Shown: positions 16,701 to 28,566 of the stretch, one piece after another | Numbering within the stretch: position 1 is the first letter of the stretch | How the letters are laid out: every line of letters starts with the position of its first letter | Source of the DNA: Antedon mediterranea | Lineage: Eukaryota; Animalia; Echinodermata | Assembly: GCF_964355755.1 (NCBI RefSeq) | Contig: NC_092675.1 | Coordinates: forward strand, 19,130,912 to 19,194,911 | Direction of reading: 5' to 3' | Length of the DNA stretch: 64,000 nucleotides | Translations under genes and position numbers: made by a program | Notes under the pieces: model-generated | What the model was told of the DNA's origin: nothing | The model's input: only the letters and a program-made list of their open reading frames with translations | Databases searched by the model: none

Positions 16701-18881
16701 ATTAACAATGACTGCAAACCTTCAATGATTTTATCTGCTACATCTTCTCTTCCAATGTCTTTCAATGCAGTCGCAAGCAGCTGGATAACATTATCTCCAT
16801 GCTTTAGATCATTCAACCAAATGTCAAAGAGTCCGTATATCCTCTCTGCTGGTGGTAATTTTGAGTTCACAGCAATCTGTTCTGAAGTTAAACCAAATTG
16901 TTCTGCAAGTTCCCGCCAATCATTTTTGCACTCAAAACTGACAGCATCAACAAACCATGGCAAATCATAATTGGTTGTTTCATTTCTTTCAAAAAAACCT
17001 AAAATATAAAGTCATCAATTTAAATCTTTATAAGGAATACACTGTATGTGCTTTACCCCAACCAATTGTGGTATTGGTTGTCTATGATGTCAGGATATTT
17101 TATAATGATTGGATTGTTAAACCTGATCCATCTATCTGTTTTACATTATCTCCATACCTGTTTGAAGCATTTCTGCAAGATCTAAACGTCCAGTTCTTTC
17201 CAGCACAGACACAAGTTTAGCATGAACATCTGAGGATGGAGTTTGTTTCTGTTTCCACAAGAGAAGAATTTGAAAGATCTGTTCCTTGGCAGATTCGTAC
17301 TCTTCTTGAACTCTGTCAACATCTTCAGTCTTGATGTCGAGTCGGAAGGCAAGGCTTCTCCAATTGGAGCCAAACTTATCAGCAAGACCCAGTAGAGTTT
17401 GATCTGATATTGATGAGTGTTTATCTAAAATGTTAAGTGGAAATAATATTTTGTTCACTATTAAGAACAAAATACTGATTTAAGATTTATGGCCACTTTT
17501 TTTAACACAAAATGTATCACATTTGACGGGCTTACCTCAAGAATTCAAATTTAGTGGGTTGGAATACACTTGAACCCCTCTTTTAGGACTCATATTAATT
17601 TTTATTAATATAATAATAATAATATATCAAAAATTTATTAAATAATATTCATCGCATAATATGCAATCTACGATAATTTAATTAATTGATATAACAAATT
17701 TATTAAATACATAACATCATTGGAATAAAAAGAACAAATCACATATCTACACATAATCATAACATCGTATACTCTATCTCTAACAATTTATTCAATCTTC
17801 TATCGACTAAAGCCGAAGTATAGTCGTTATCTCGGGACCGTTCTATGGCCACCACCAGGTAGGCTTACTTCATTAAGGCTTCTATGAATGGATGTACTGG
17901 TTGGGAGCAGGAACGCTAGTAGACCAAACCCAGTACCGTTTTGATTACGATCAATCGGGAAGTTACCTCATGACGTTAATTTCATAAACATCTTCATGTC
18001 GTACAACTACTCGTAACATTTTTTCTCAACTTTCTATCATCTAAAAGTCGTAGTTAGTCATGCCTCGGGTCACATTCTATGGTCACCGTACAGGTAGGCT
18101 ACTACATTAGTACTTCTATGAATGGATGACTAGCCGGTGACAATAACGCTAGTTGGTCATACCCAGTACCGTTTTGATTTTACGATCATTCGGGAAACCA
18201 CCTCACGACGAGGATACTTTTTTGTTAAAAGAACAGGACAATAAATGTTTAAACACTGCGACCAACGGTAACTTACAGTTAAATAGGGGTTCTACTGTGT
18301 ATATCACATTCATTTTTTAAATACACATTTTTAATTTGAAGCAGGCATAAATTTGTAAATAAATCTATCCTGAATACTTAATCAATAATAACCCATCAAA
18401 ACTTTATGAATACACAAGATTAGAATCATTTTAAATGATTATATAATCTTGAAGAATGAAATAATTGACAATTATTAACCATACTAAAAAACAATAAATA
18501 TTCTTACCAATGGTATGAATTGAAATGCTATTACTACATGATTCTGATGATGAAACAGAGGACAACTGCTGAGTCAAAATTCGGATAGTGCCTTTTAGTT
18601 TCTCTCCTTCTTTTCTTGACTCCACCAATGCCTCACCTAAAAATATAAAGCAGTAGTTTTTGGGAGTTTAAAAGGTTGTGAAATTGAATTGCTGGTATCT
18701 ATATAAATGCATTCATGCAAAGTTATAATAAGCCCATTTTTTACTTATTATTGCATAGGATCAACAATGGATGTTACTTACTGATGACATGTATTCCTTC
18801 GCTGGATCTTTTAAGTTTGTCATTTTCATTCTTCAGTATTCTGTTTTCTGCTAAGACTTCTTGATATGTTAGGTTATTCAT
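7727..18881 (-). CDS. ABIN/TNIP-like (TNFAIP3-interacting) ubiquitin-binding adaptor with two death domains, ~800 aa; exons 18782-18881, 18508-18636, 17158-17424, 16720-16998, 16234-16478, 15855-16007, 15569-15651, 15169-15295, 11919-12026, 11211-11450, 10925-11032, 10052-10333, 9861-9905, 9684-9728, 9237-9355, 7727-7799
   Basis: Sixteen phase-compatible GT-AG exons total 2403 nt. AHD1-like EILKVNNEWDQHY, EEISRLNQ, UBAN LQQQNMAFQSDFNQERRDR (DFxxER), terminal CPICQRSIADKQELERHVERC zinc finger, YSFEVV LIR-like motif. Two death-domain exons (GSNWRSLAFRL...LLLWKQK...GRLDLAE; NDWRELAEQFGL...DIWL...IGREDVADKI). Confidence 0.85.
10261..10600. repeat. Three ~120-bp tandem copies of the acceptor and 5' end of the UBAN exon
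   Basis: tccaacagc(tgc)n...ttgctgcatgctttgttcaagttcct recurs at ~10262, 10382 and 10499. Confidence 0.9.
12944..13066. mobile_element. PIF/Harbinger-type MITE, family A
   Basis: TIR AGCTCTGTCTACACTAT, flanked by TTA/TAA. Confidence 0.8.
13320..13752 (-). mobile_element. 3' fragment of an L2/CR1-clade LINE (ORF2 C-terminus, 3' UTR and (TAT)n tail)
   Basis: HISPVLRDLHWLPVDQRIRFKILLLTYKA...GDRAFAVAAPKLWNTLP...FKTKLKTHLF, followed by a stem-loop and a ttattattatt tail. Confidence 0.9.
13808..13959. mobile_element. Harbinger-type MITE, family A
   Basis: Same TIR, TAA target duplication. Confidence 0.8.
15085..15162 (+). mobile_element. L2-type 3' tail relic (LINE or SINE)
   Basis: aagcgccatgagcac...gtgcgctctataaat followed by (tat)n. 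Similar relics lie near 12400-12450, 29310-29390 and 50130-50195. Confidence 0.5.
17760..18210 (+). other. Two diverged ~233-bp tandem units with conserved blocks and covarying stems (candidate structured RNA)
   Basis: ctcggg at 17831 and 18064. Shared blocks: ttctatgg, caggtaggct, cttctatgaatggatg, acccagtaccgttttgatt, tcgggaa, acctca. See findings. Confidence 0.6.
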
Positions 18882-19203
18882 AATTCTATTTAAACAAAAT
18901 TGGATTTGTGATTTTTTTTATATGAAATTAAAACTTTGATCTTATAGTGCATTGCATAACTATAATCATTTTTTAATGGTATAACACAATAATATTTTGA
19001 TTTATAACTATTTTTGTAATGTGTAATTTGAAATCATCATTTAATGTGTATCTCTGGTCGATAATTAATAACATATCAATAAAAAAAAAATCACTTATTT
19101 TAAAAGTAACAGAACAATAATTGTGAAATAATCATTATCTAATAAAAAATTAATATTACTAAACTTTAATTTTAAAAATTATTAATTAGAAATTTCAAAA
19201 TCA

Positions 19204-19270
19204 CATACTTACAAATAAAAAACAGTGAAGTGAAAGTACAGACATAAGAAATAGCAGGAAGGGGTTCCCC
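19204..19270 (-). promoter_or_regulatory. Intronic kappaB site and IRF-like element; possible alternative first exon of the ABIN-like gene
   Basis: GGGGTTCCCC at 19261-19270, AGTGAAGTGAAAGT at 19224-19237, and a minus-strand donor (catacttac) at 19204-19212. Confidence 0.45.
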
Positions 19271-20153
19271 CTCTTGATTTACTACAGGGTGACAAGCATG
19301 TGTTCACTCATCATAGGATAAAATACCAGAATACTGTCATTGTCACATCTATTTTTATTTGTGACATAATGGTTTAATTTGGTTTGAAGATAATATCATA
19401 TCAAAGAAATATCTAGAAATGTCACGGATTTCATCATCAAAATAGAAATTTGTATTCTATTTGATAACAAAAATTTAAATTCAATGATAAAATAATAATG
19501 ATTATAAAATAATGAAAAAAACAGACCCTTTCACAATAATCTAAATACAGTACACACAGTTATTGCTTAATATTTCGCAACAGAGGATAAGCACTGGTTT
19601 GATTGAACTCCTACATGTAGTAAAAATGGTGGATAAAATTATGTGACAGAACTTTAAGTACTGGGACAGTCATAGTTAGAGGTGTAGGTGTTTGGTTTTA
19701 ATCATAATATATATATAAACACTGACAATGAAAGAGTGTACTGTTGTGCCAGGATTGTATTGTTAATCTAAACAATAATATATTATAAATTTGACTGTAT
19801 CCTCTTTGTGTTGTTGAATTTAATCTAATGAGTAAGTGTAAAGTACATATAACGGCAAAGAAGTTGTAGATTAGTTTGTATCTATTAAAAAATATAAATA
19901 ATTGTAGTTTTATTGAGACAGTATCACAATTTAGGTTTAATTTTAAGAATTTTTAATAAATCACTAACGATCATTTAATTTTTTCAAATTACAATCAAGT
20001 ACATTTTTTTTAGAAAATTCTTGAAAATGACTAATTGAGAAAGCATGTTACGAAAACTAATCTCCAGGATACCCGTTAATACTAGGACAACAACCTTTGA
20101 ATCCTGCTGCAATACCTATTATACAAACAATTGAAATATCAACAAAGTTTATA

Positions 20154-20163
20154 GGGAACTTCC
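20154..20163. promoter_or_regulatory. kappaB site in the first intron of the ABIN-like gene
   Basis: GGGAACTTCC matches GGGRNYYYCC. Confidence 0.45.
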
Positions 20164-20810
20164 AGTTTAAACTTTAATGTTCTAGTTTATTATGAAATAA
20201 ACAAAAAAAATATAGTGTGTGATCATGTGAACTTTATTGTTTCTCTTTGACATCAATGGCACAGTGCCACACTTATAAAGATATGTACAAGGATCACAAT
20301 CAAGAAAGTTACAACAATAAACAAATTAAATCAACTTTGGAAGACAATTATAAACATTGCTAAAATATAACCTAAAAAGTACTAATTAATATTTATTTCA
20401 TGGAATGTATTAAGATATTAAAAAAATTATTAAAACATTTCATTTCATACTTAAGAAACCTATATGTAATTCATTGTATGTTTAATTCAATACAGCTGAC
20501 TTTTTATTGGATGTTTAGTCATAATGTGTGTAGGAGGCATTATCTCATGTATAATCGTAATACAAATAAAATAGCACTAAAGCCGTTCCCCGCCTAAATA
20601 AAGAATGGAAAATCCACGTCACTAATATTAGGCCTGTTAGTGTTAAAAATGAGTGCTTTGTGCAGGTTTGTGTAGGTTACATGTACGTATTAGTGTGAGT
20701 TGGGAAGGTAAACACGTTTTTCTCGCTTTATTTTCATTTATTTTAATATTCTATCTAACATTTTAGTTACTTTAAAGTTTAAAAGACACAGCGGCGTTTA
20801 ATTTAGTATT

Positions 20811-20940
20811 TACTTACCATCTTTATATGTCGTTTTTCCACAAATTGTGAACAAGAATAGTCACTGAATGAGCTTCGTCGTCATGAACTGCTAAAATGTA
20901 GAGAGGGGATTCCCCCTCAGAAAGCTTCTCTATTGGTCAA
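20811..20940 (-). promoter_or_regulatory. Promoter and non-coding first exon of the ABIN-like gene
   Basis: Strong donor ATG|GTAAGT at 20818/20817, near-palindromic kappaB site GGGGATTCCCC at 20905-20915, CCAAT box at ~20932-20936. Confidence 0.6.
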
Positions 20941-22728
20941 ATGAATCAGGTGCCGTTTTCGGTCGCCTTGACTTGTATGGACTATACCATTATAAAAAGA
21001 TGGAAAAAATAGGGGTGCCCCATTTATTAATTTAGTGTGCTAATGTATTAAAATACTGCTGCTCTTGTTCTTTTGTTTAGCGCACTATGTTTCAGCAACA
21101 AAGTGAAAACAACTACGCCCTGCAGAATTAATTGCAGTTTACAAGTTAATACACATGGCTCTTTATTTCTATATCATTTTTAGGTATCCTTCCTTAATAA
21201 TAATATGGATATTAGGTGGATTCCTTAGGAAGGATATTGAATAATTATTACGGATTTATAGATATAGAAAGTATATAAAGAAATTAGCTTTTATTCCAGT
21301 TACAAAAAAAAAATTATCTAGCGATAACACAGTAGCACATGTAATAAAGATGGCAGTAGTACTTTTAATCAAATCTATCACATAGATTGTTAGGTACAAA
21401 TAAACTTTATAATTATGTCAATGAATCTGTACCATTTTGTTCAAAAACACAGAACGTCTTTTAAACGTAATCGAATTGCGTGTTTTTAGGTTTGGTTTTT
21501 CTAAAACGTTTTAAACGTTTCTGTAATTGAACAACGTATACCGAGTCCGTCAGACCAATTATGTTTTCGAAAGTCAATCAATTTCTTTTTTTTTTATACA
21601 GTTATGTCAATGAATCTTCAATTATGCTCGGCTACCGATTCCAGGTTCTTAGGTTCAAATCCATGTTGTTAGAAATTATCCCTTTCCTCACAAATAAAAA
21701 TACTTATCTACCGATGTATTTGGCCGATTAGAATGTCTTGTACAACGTACAACATCGGCCCCTCTTATAAGAACTTTCTATTCCACAAACGAATGATTTT
21801 TTCTTGGTGTAAAGGAAGATAAGAAATTACAGTAGTTCGTTTACCATTTTGTTAACAATTTTAATTGCGAGTAAGGCGGTGGTAGGTCCAGTGAAGAGGC
21901 ATTTGTTAACATGTCTTTTACATATTTCATAACATTAGGCCTAGAGTGTAGGTAATTTAACCGATTGTAATGTAGGCCCTATTTAAGTTGTTTTGTAGTT
22001 TGACATGTTTTAATTCCGATTGTATTGTATTGTAGTTTTTAATATGTTTTGATTACGATTGATTGTACTATAGTATTTAGTTTAGTTGTAGGCCTATTGT
22101 AGTTTAACCATGGTTTAACAGGTTTCAAATGCCAGATGCGGGCAACAAATTTCTATTGATCATACATATCATTCCAATAATTATCGATCTATAGTTTCCC
22201 TATGTTTCATAATTTTTTGGGATTGTATTTGTGTTTTTTGTTATGTTACGTCACCAGCACCAGCTTGTTGAAAATAAGCACTTTCTTATCAGTGGTGGGT
22301 GGGGGGGGGGGGATAGTTCAAATTACACTTATTATATAGTAATATTGTTTGTTACACAGTCTTGGCATTCCGTAACACAGTATGTGCGGCTTGCTAGTTT
22401 TGTTCTGTATTGTTCCTTGTTGTAGTTTGTACTGTAGGTTAAATAACTGAATACTATTGTCTTCCCATTCAATAGACACCAGGCTTCTCTACATGAAACA
22501 TAATACACTACGTTGTTGTTGTTCCGTCTTACGCTTTCCACAATTTGTTTCCATTTTTTTCTGTTTATGGCAGGATGGTTTGTTACACCCCTATAATAAT
22601 GGTATAGTCGAGGTGGCCGAAAACGTAGAGGGCGTGCCGTATTATTTATAAAATTTATAGTCGAGAGATACCGAAGGGGAGAGAGGGTTACAGCTGACTA
22701 ATCCGCTAGAGGCCTACCTACTACAGAA

Positions 22729-24175
22729 ATGGCTGTTCCAAAATCGATCAGGAATTTCCCGACGAAGGAAACATTGGATGATATCAACTATGTTTATCTT
22801 CCAATCGTAGGAGTAGTTAGCCACATGTCGTTTTCTGTACATATACTTAATAGAGAATTTTTACCAGCGTAAGTAGGCGCGGCCTAAAATAAAATAAACC
22901 TAGGTAGGCCCCTCTAGGCTAGGTAGGCTTACTAGCTAGGCTACGCTAGCTAGAGTAGGGTCTAGGCTAGTCCTAGGCTAGCTACTAACTATTCTCTATA
23001 GACTATTGAGTATTTTGGTACGGTTTGCATAACATTAACAGAAAGAGATGGCCCTAGTCTAATAAATAGAGGCTCTATCTTGGCCGGCCTACTCTACTAT
23101 TAATTTATTGATATATTGTTAATAAATAACGGAAGAAAAAAAGCCTTTTATTTTAAGGCTGTGTGTTTGAAAAAAATATTAAATTTATATCTGCCTGCCT
23201 AAATGAATATGTTAAAGACCCCTTCCCTGCAATTTTGGACGTTTTTTGGAAAATAATACATATATATCACTTTAAAAACATTAAACCATGTCATTCCTTG
23301 TCTTAAATGTACGTTTTATGGTAAATTATGATAAAAAGTGAGAAACAATGCACTACCTAAGTAGCTCGCGGCGATCGACCTCTCGTGGACGGTCTCAGGC
23401 CTAGCCTAGCTAGGCTTAGTTTTGTAGGCCTAGCTGGTAAACATCGGTAACGTACAAACATCGTACGCTAGCTATATACCTAGCCTGACGTTGTATAGTT
23501 GCTGCATTAATTGTCTTTCTATTTTTGCCAGACTCCGTTGATACAAATTGGGGAAAACCCGGTATTTTCGCTGAAAAGTTAGGAGTCTTCCATTTGTTTT
23601 GGCTTCACGATCGATCGAAAAGTGGGCGAATTACAGGTGAAAAACAAAAATATCAATCCGCGCGCAATGCATTTTGGGATTTATAGCGGGCCGCTATAAT
23701 TATTAAAATCGATTTATTTTTCACATTTTTAACCGTTTAAAGACGAAAAAAGTTATCGCAATAGGACCATATAGTATTATTTTTACATTAAATATAGTTT
23801 GTGATCTTAAATTAGATCTAAAAAACGTAGGGAATGGGGCTTTAACATTAACACTATTTTGTTTTTACTTGCAGAGTTTTTCCAACATGGCACTTCGGCA
23901 TTGCAAATGCACTTCTGTTCAATTCTCACCTAGGCGTTGGTCTTTACCTTTACAACAGGAAGTGTTTCAAAGCAGCACCGTACACTTATCGTTTACTTTG
24001 GAGTGTTTATGGGAGCGCAATGTTTAATTTTGGAACCATTCTAATCTGCGGCACCGTCCGTCAGTTATTAATAACAGACAAATTGATTAGTGTTTTATAT
24101 GCTGTTTCATCTAGCCTATGCTACATGGCTGTAGCTAAGCAGTTCTTTGATTTTATAGATACACGATACAGATGA
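22729..24175 (+). CDS. Uncharacterised 146 aa multi-pass membrane protein; exons 22729-22868 and 23875-24175
   Basis: MAVPKSIRNFPTKETLDDINYVYLPIVGVVSHMSFSVHILNREFLPAVFPTWHFGIANALLFNSHLGVGLYLYNRKCFKAAPYTYRLLWSVYGSAMFNFGTILICGTVRQLLITDKLISVLYAVSSSLCYMAVAKQFFDFIDTRYR*. GC|gtaagt donor and ttgcag|A acceptor keep the frame; about four hydrophobic segments. Confidence 0.8.
23216..23841. mobile_element. Non-autonomous DNA transposon, Kolobok-like
   Basis: TTAA|AGACCCCTTCCCTGC ... GTAGGGAATGGGGCT|TTAA. Confidence 0.7.
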
Positions 24176-25053
24176 AGTACCACTGGTAATGGCATGAATG
24201 GAGCAAATCAAAATAAGCAATTGGCTTCCCTTCTTTAGTTGTGGTTTTGATATGGTGTAGTTGATTGGCCATCATAGGGTTTTTTGGTTTAGAAATCATA
24301 GTAAAGATAACTCAGTTTTGATGATGAAGATATATAATAATATTACATAATATTGTGTGCAGATGGCCAGATGGAGGGGGATTGCCAATAACCACACTAA
24401 CACTAAGAACACACAATAACACACAATATTATGTCATGAGCAAGTTGATCATGATCAAGTGTGAACATGATGCTTCAACTTGGCACAAATATACAGTAGA
24501 ATGATGAACATGTCTCTAGTACAATTTCAAGAACTAGGCTTATTTTTTGTATGCTATAATTAAAATATTAGTTAAAATGATAACATACTGCAAAAATGTG
24601 TGAATAGTGTAATGAAACAAAAAAACTAAATACAGTAGTAGTAGATAAACTGTAATATCATATTTTCCATATTATTATTATTATTAACTTGGCACAAATA
24701 TACCATGATGAGCATGACTGTGACTGTGACAATTTCAAGCACTAGGCTTTCTTTTTAAGCTACATTAAAATATTATTAGTTAAAATGATAACATTCTGCA
24801 CAAATTTGTAAATACTGTATAATAAAAAAAATGAATTAAATAGTAGCAATATCATATTTTCCATATTTATTATTACCTTATTAATAATAAGACTTCAACA
24901 GTAAAGTATGTTAATTTTAATCTATTTTCTAATACCTAAAACTAACTCGCATTATTACTGTGTAAGTAAGTGTCGTAAGTAAGAAACCTCTGCAATATAA
25001 TGATTAAAAATATATAAAGGTTGCTATTGTTTGAAAATATTGTAATACTGTAC

Positions 25054-26290
25054 TGTATAATGTGCGAGGGTTTTAGCTGTATTGAGACTACTCGCTAGGT
25101 TGCAATATCAGAGTTATTTATTCTGATTCGTGCTTAATAATATTACTACAGATCAACAGATAATACACAGGAGTATACAGGAACAGAGGATAAATGATGC
25201 TGTAATCGAGTTGTGTCTCTGTAGGTGTGCTTCTGAGGAAGTGTTGTAGGTGTTTGCTTGAAGAAGTGTCTGTGAGGTGTGTCTGGGTTCTGCTGAGACT
25301 GGGGGTATCGGCTTATGTTGATTAGTATATGTCATCATCATCTCAACTATTGGTCCTAAGTTGTACCAGATACTTTTTTTGGGAGGGTTCTGAAGGTATT
25401 ACAATGATGGATATGGTCGTCAAATCTGTGCCTAACATGTGTCAATCTCTAATTGTTTCACGATGTGAAAGTTCTGTTTTTTTAGGGAGGTAAATAGTCT
25501 TAACAAAAACATCTGGTCAATTTCTTACTGGGCGTTTCAAGGGCAAATTGGTGAAAAGATTATAACTAATTATTACATTACAATATTTATTAATACACTT
25601 ATTAAAGTCAAAAAACTTCACGCTTATACATCTTTTATTAATAGGAGTTGATCTGCTGTAGTCCAGAATGCAAAATTGTGTAAAAATAGGATAACTATCA
25701 ATGAAAAGGTAATACAACATTTAGCAGAAATTAAGCATTGCTAAAAGAAAAGAGCAGTTAACAGCACTATCGTGATAAAACAGTTTTAGCAGAATAAGCA
25801 AAAATAGCAAAGAAGCATGAGCATACAAATTAGCCGAGAGCTGGAAAGCAAAGGAGTGCAATAAATTATAGGCCTCAGTTTTTGGGTGTAGAATCGCAAT
25901 ACTGAGCTGTGTGTAAATTAGCAATGATGCTGACATAGAAATCATCCTACTAAGCAAAACAACGAAATATAGCTTCAGCAGATAGAAATAACATTAACAG
26001 TTCTAATAAAGCGCAGAAAAACAATATATGAAATATAAAACATGTCTATCAAGCAAAATTAGCTAAATATGCTATAGATATTCTGTTTCTTTTTGTGTGT
26101 TTGTGTGGTAAAACTGTGCCTTAAATGTAGTATTAAAATGTGCCTCGTGCCCGCAACGTTTGTTGCAATGACTGGATTTTACCAGAAACCAGAAATTCAT
26201 TAGATTATTGAACAAAAAAGATTGCAGTCCAGCAGGTGGTAAGCGCCACACTTTCCGTAATGTACTGTACTTAATCACTCGCATTATACA
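25054..26290 (-). mobile_element. Solo-LTR-like element related to 28567-29196
   Basis: TGTATAATG...CATTATACA termini. Shares the cccagacacacctcacag.cacttct...aagca.acacctac block in reverse. No clear TSD. Confidence 0.55.
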
Positions 26291-27180
26291 ATAACTTAAT
26301 TATATCGTTCAGTTGTTGCCTATTTTTAGAAGAACTTGGAATTTCCCAGAGATGACGCCATTTTTACTGTACAATAAAATCGAACTACCAATAAAAGACC
26401 TAACCACAATTCTGTAGTCGCGAAGAATCAAGAGAAGTCTAGAAATGGAAATATTAGACCTAGGTCCTAGTAGACCTAATTATAAAAATAATCTAAAATA
26501 GTTTTTAAACTTAACGTAATTTGGTATAAAGCACAAACTTGTTATAAAAATACTTCTATTTGTCAACCGCAAGATTTTGAAAAAAAAAATCAGCTGCATT
26601 TCCAAATACGATGATATAAAACTCTTGGATAAGGTATAAATTACTGAAAAAATGACAATGCTGTGGATATCAGTGCTTGGATTTCAATGGAGTATCAACA
26701 AAATGATAAAGTCAACAAATTATCAGAGCCTTTTGGCCTGGATATTATAGATACATATCATCGGAGTTTTTTTGCCAAAGTTTGTTAAACAATAAATAGA
26801 ATGTCGCATGGCTTTGCAGGCCAAGAAACCATTTGTTTTTAATCATATTCTCGTAATAACTATAAAAGATATACGGTAGATATCGTATAGGCCTATTGCA
26901 TTTTTTTTTTTACATTTAGGCATATACAATATTTTAGACAAAAAATGTAGAATTATTCATCCGATTCTGAACCCGTTATTTTATCATTGATTATAGTTTA
27001 CAGTTATAAAGTACACAAAAATGAATTAGTAGAAGCCTATTTCCAAAATTAGGGTAGCCGATTTGGACGTTGGTTGATATTTAATGAATGATCATCGTCA
27101 TACAATGCACTTGTCGCACAATTTAATAGGAGAGACAACTTTAAAGTTGTATGGAAATAAAATGAAATGTATTATGTACA

Positions 27181-27290
27181 TTTTTAGTCTCTACAGCTCA
27201 TTGTCGGTCGGTTGGTCGGTCGGTCAGTTGGTCGGTAAACACTAACTCAAATTTGAGCATGCGACTGCAGCCATGTATATGGCCTTGTTT
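27181..27290 (+). mobile_element. Short Helentron/Helitron-type non-autonomous relic
   Basis: tttttagtc start, (ggtc)n microsatellite, 3' gcgactgcagccatgtatatggccttgtt hairpin end. Confidence 0.5.
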
Positions 27291-28566
27291 TATTACAGCT
27301 GCTAATGAGAGAATTGGTTGGTGATGACAATGAATCTGTCTATTTATTATAACACACATCATTTTCTAATGATAAAATCAGATCATCAAAATGTTTAATA
27401 AATGTTTTTCTGTAACGGTGCGGCGCTATAGGCATATATGATATTTTAAATCTTTATAGTAAAAACAATATTTCTGTAAAAATGTTTAATAGATAATTTG
27501 AAATAAAACTAATAAACAAACACAATACGTTTTTGAAAATATAACTTTAAAACAACTTACCGAAAATAACTGAATTAGAGAAATAGAATGGGATTTAATG
27601 TTTGCGAATACCATAATGTATAAACAGATAATGGTGTTTGCCATGTAGTTTCATAATTGGCCTAGATGACGAATTGGAAATTCCAGAAAGTTAATCTAAC
27701 AAACAAATTAGTAATGATCCAATCATATCCACTTTCGTTGTAATACGATGTATGGCATCCATTGTTATACTTGCTGGTATTTATGATTTTTGATAGATTT
27801 TTTTTAGATTAAGAAATTATAGTTATTGACGATAAATTAAAAAAGAAGAATTGATTACTTTATTAAATATTGTGTGTGTTAGTAGGCCTACATTATGCAC
27901 ATGAGCAGCAATAATGTACGATACAAAATCTCTTATTATAAAATGGATTTTTCTACATCTAATATTACCACTTAATTTGACAAAATTATTTTGATTACAT
28001 TTTAAGCTTTGCTTCGTTGTCAATCCAATGAAAATACAGTATTTTAATTAGGAGGAAACGAAACTCGTAAACTGATCTAAACAGTTGTTTGTTTTGTTCC
28101 TCAATTAAGGCCCATCTATTTATAGATTATTTAGCGTCTATTTTTACTTATATTTTTTATTTATTTATAATAAAAATACAGCCAATTACAAAACGACAGT
28201 CAAGGACTGAAATGTATTGCATTACAAATAGGCCCCTATATAAAAATTGGATAAAATAGCTATAAAAAATAAAACTATCCTATTAAAATTAAATATCGTA
28301 CCATGCATTAAGAAAACAAACATCAAAACATGCACATAACAGACATAATAATAAATATTATCCATGCATGGATGATCATCACGATAAAATTCATCGGATG
28401 CGAGATGCCCTATTTGTTTAAAGGTAAAAAACGCAATTGTATTAATTATCAATGAGCATGGTATCATTCACTAGTGGCCGTTTTGATTGAATTAATTAAT
28501 TATTCATAAATAAATGTATACCCATAAATGAACAAATGCACTCGACAAGAGATGATGGATGCAAAG

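Noticed and set aside
17812-17830. Minus-strand GACTATACTT resembling the U3 snoRNA 5' end
   Set aside because: Only 10 nt match, with no downstream U3 boxes in that orientation.
18190-18220. HDV-like ribozyme core (CCACCTCACG)
   Set aside because: The P1/P2/P3 pairings could not be built and the motif is not kept in copy 1.
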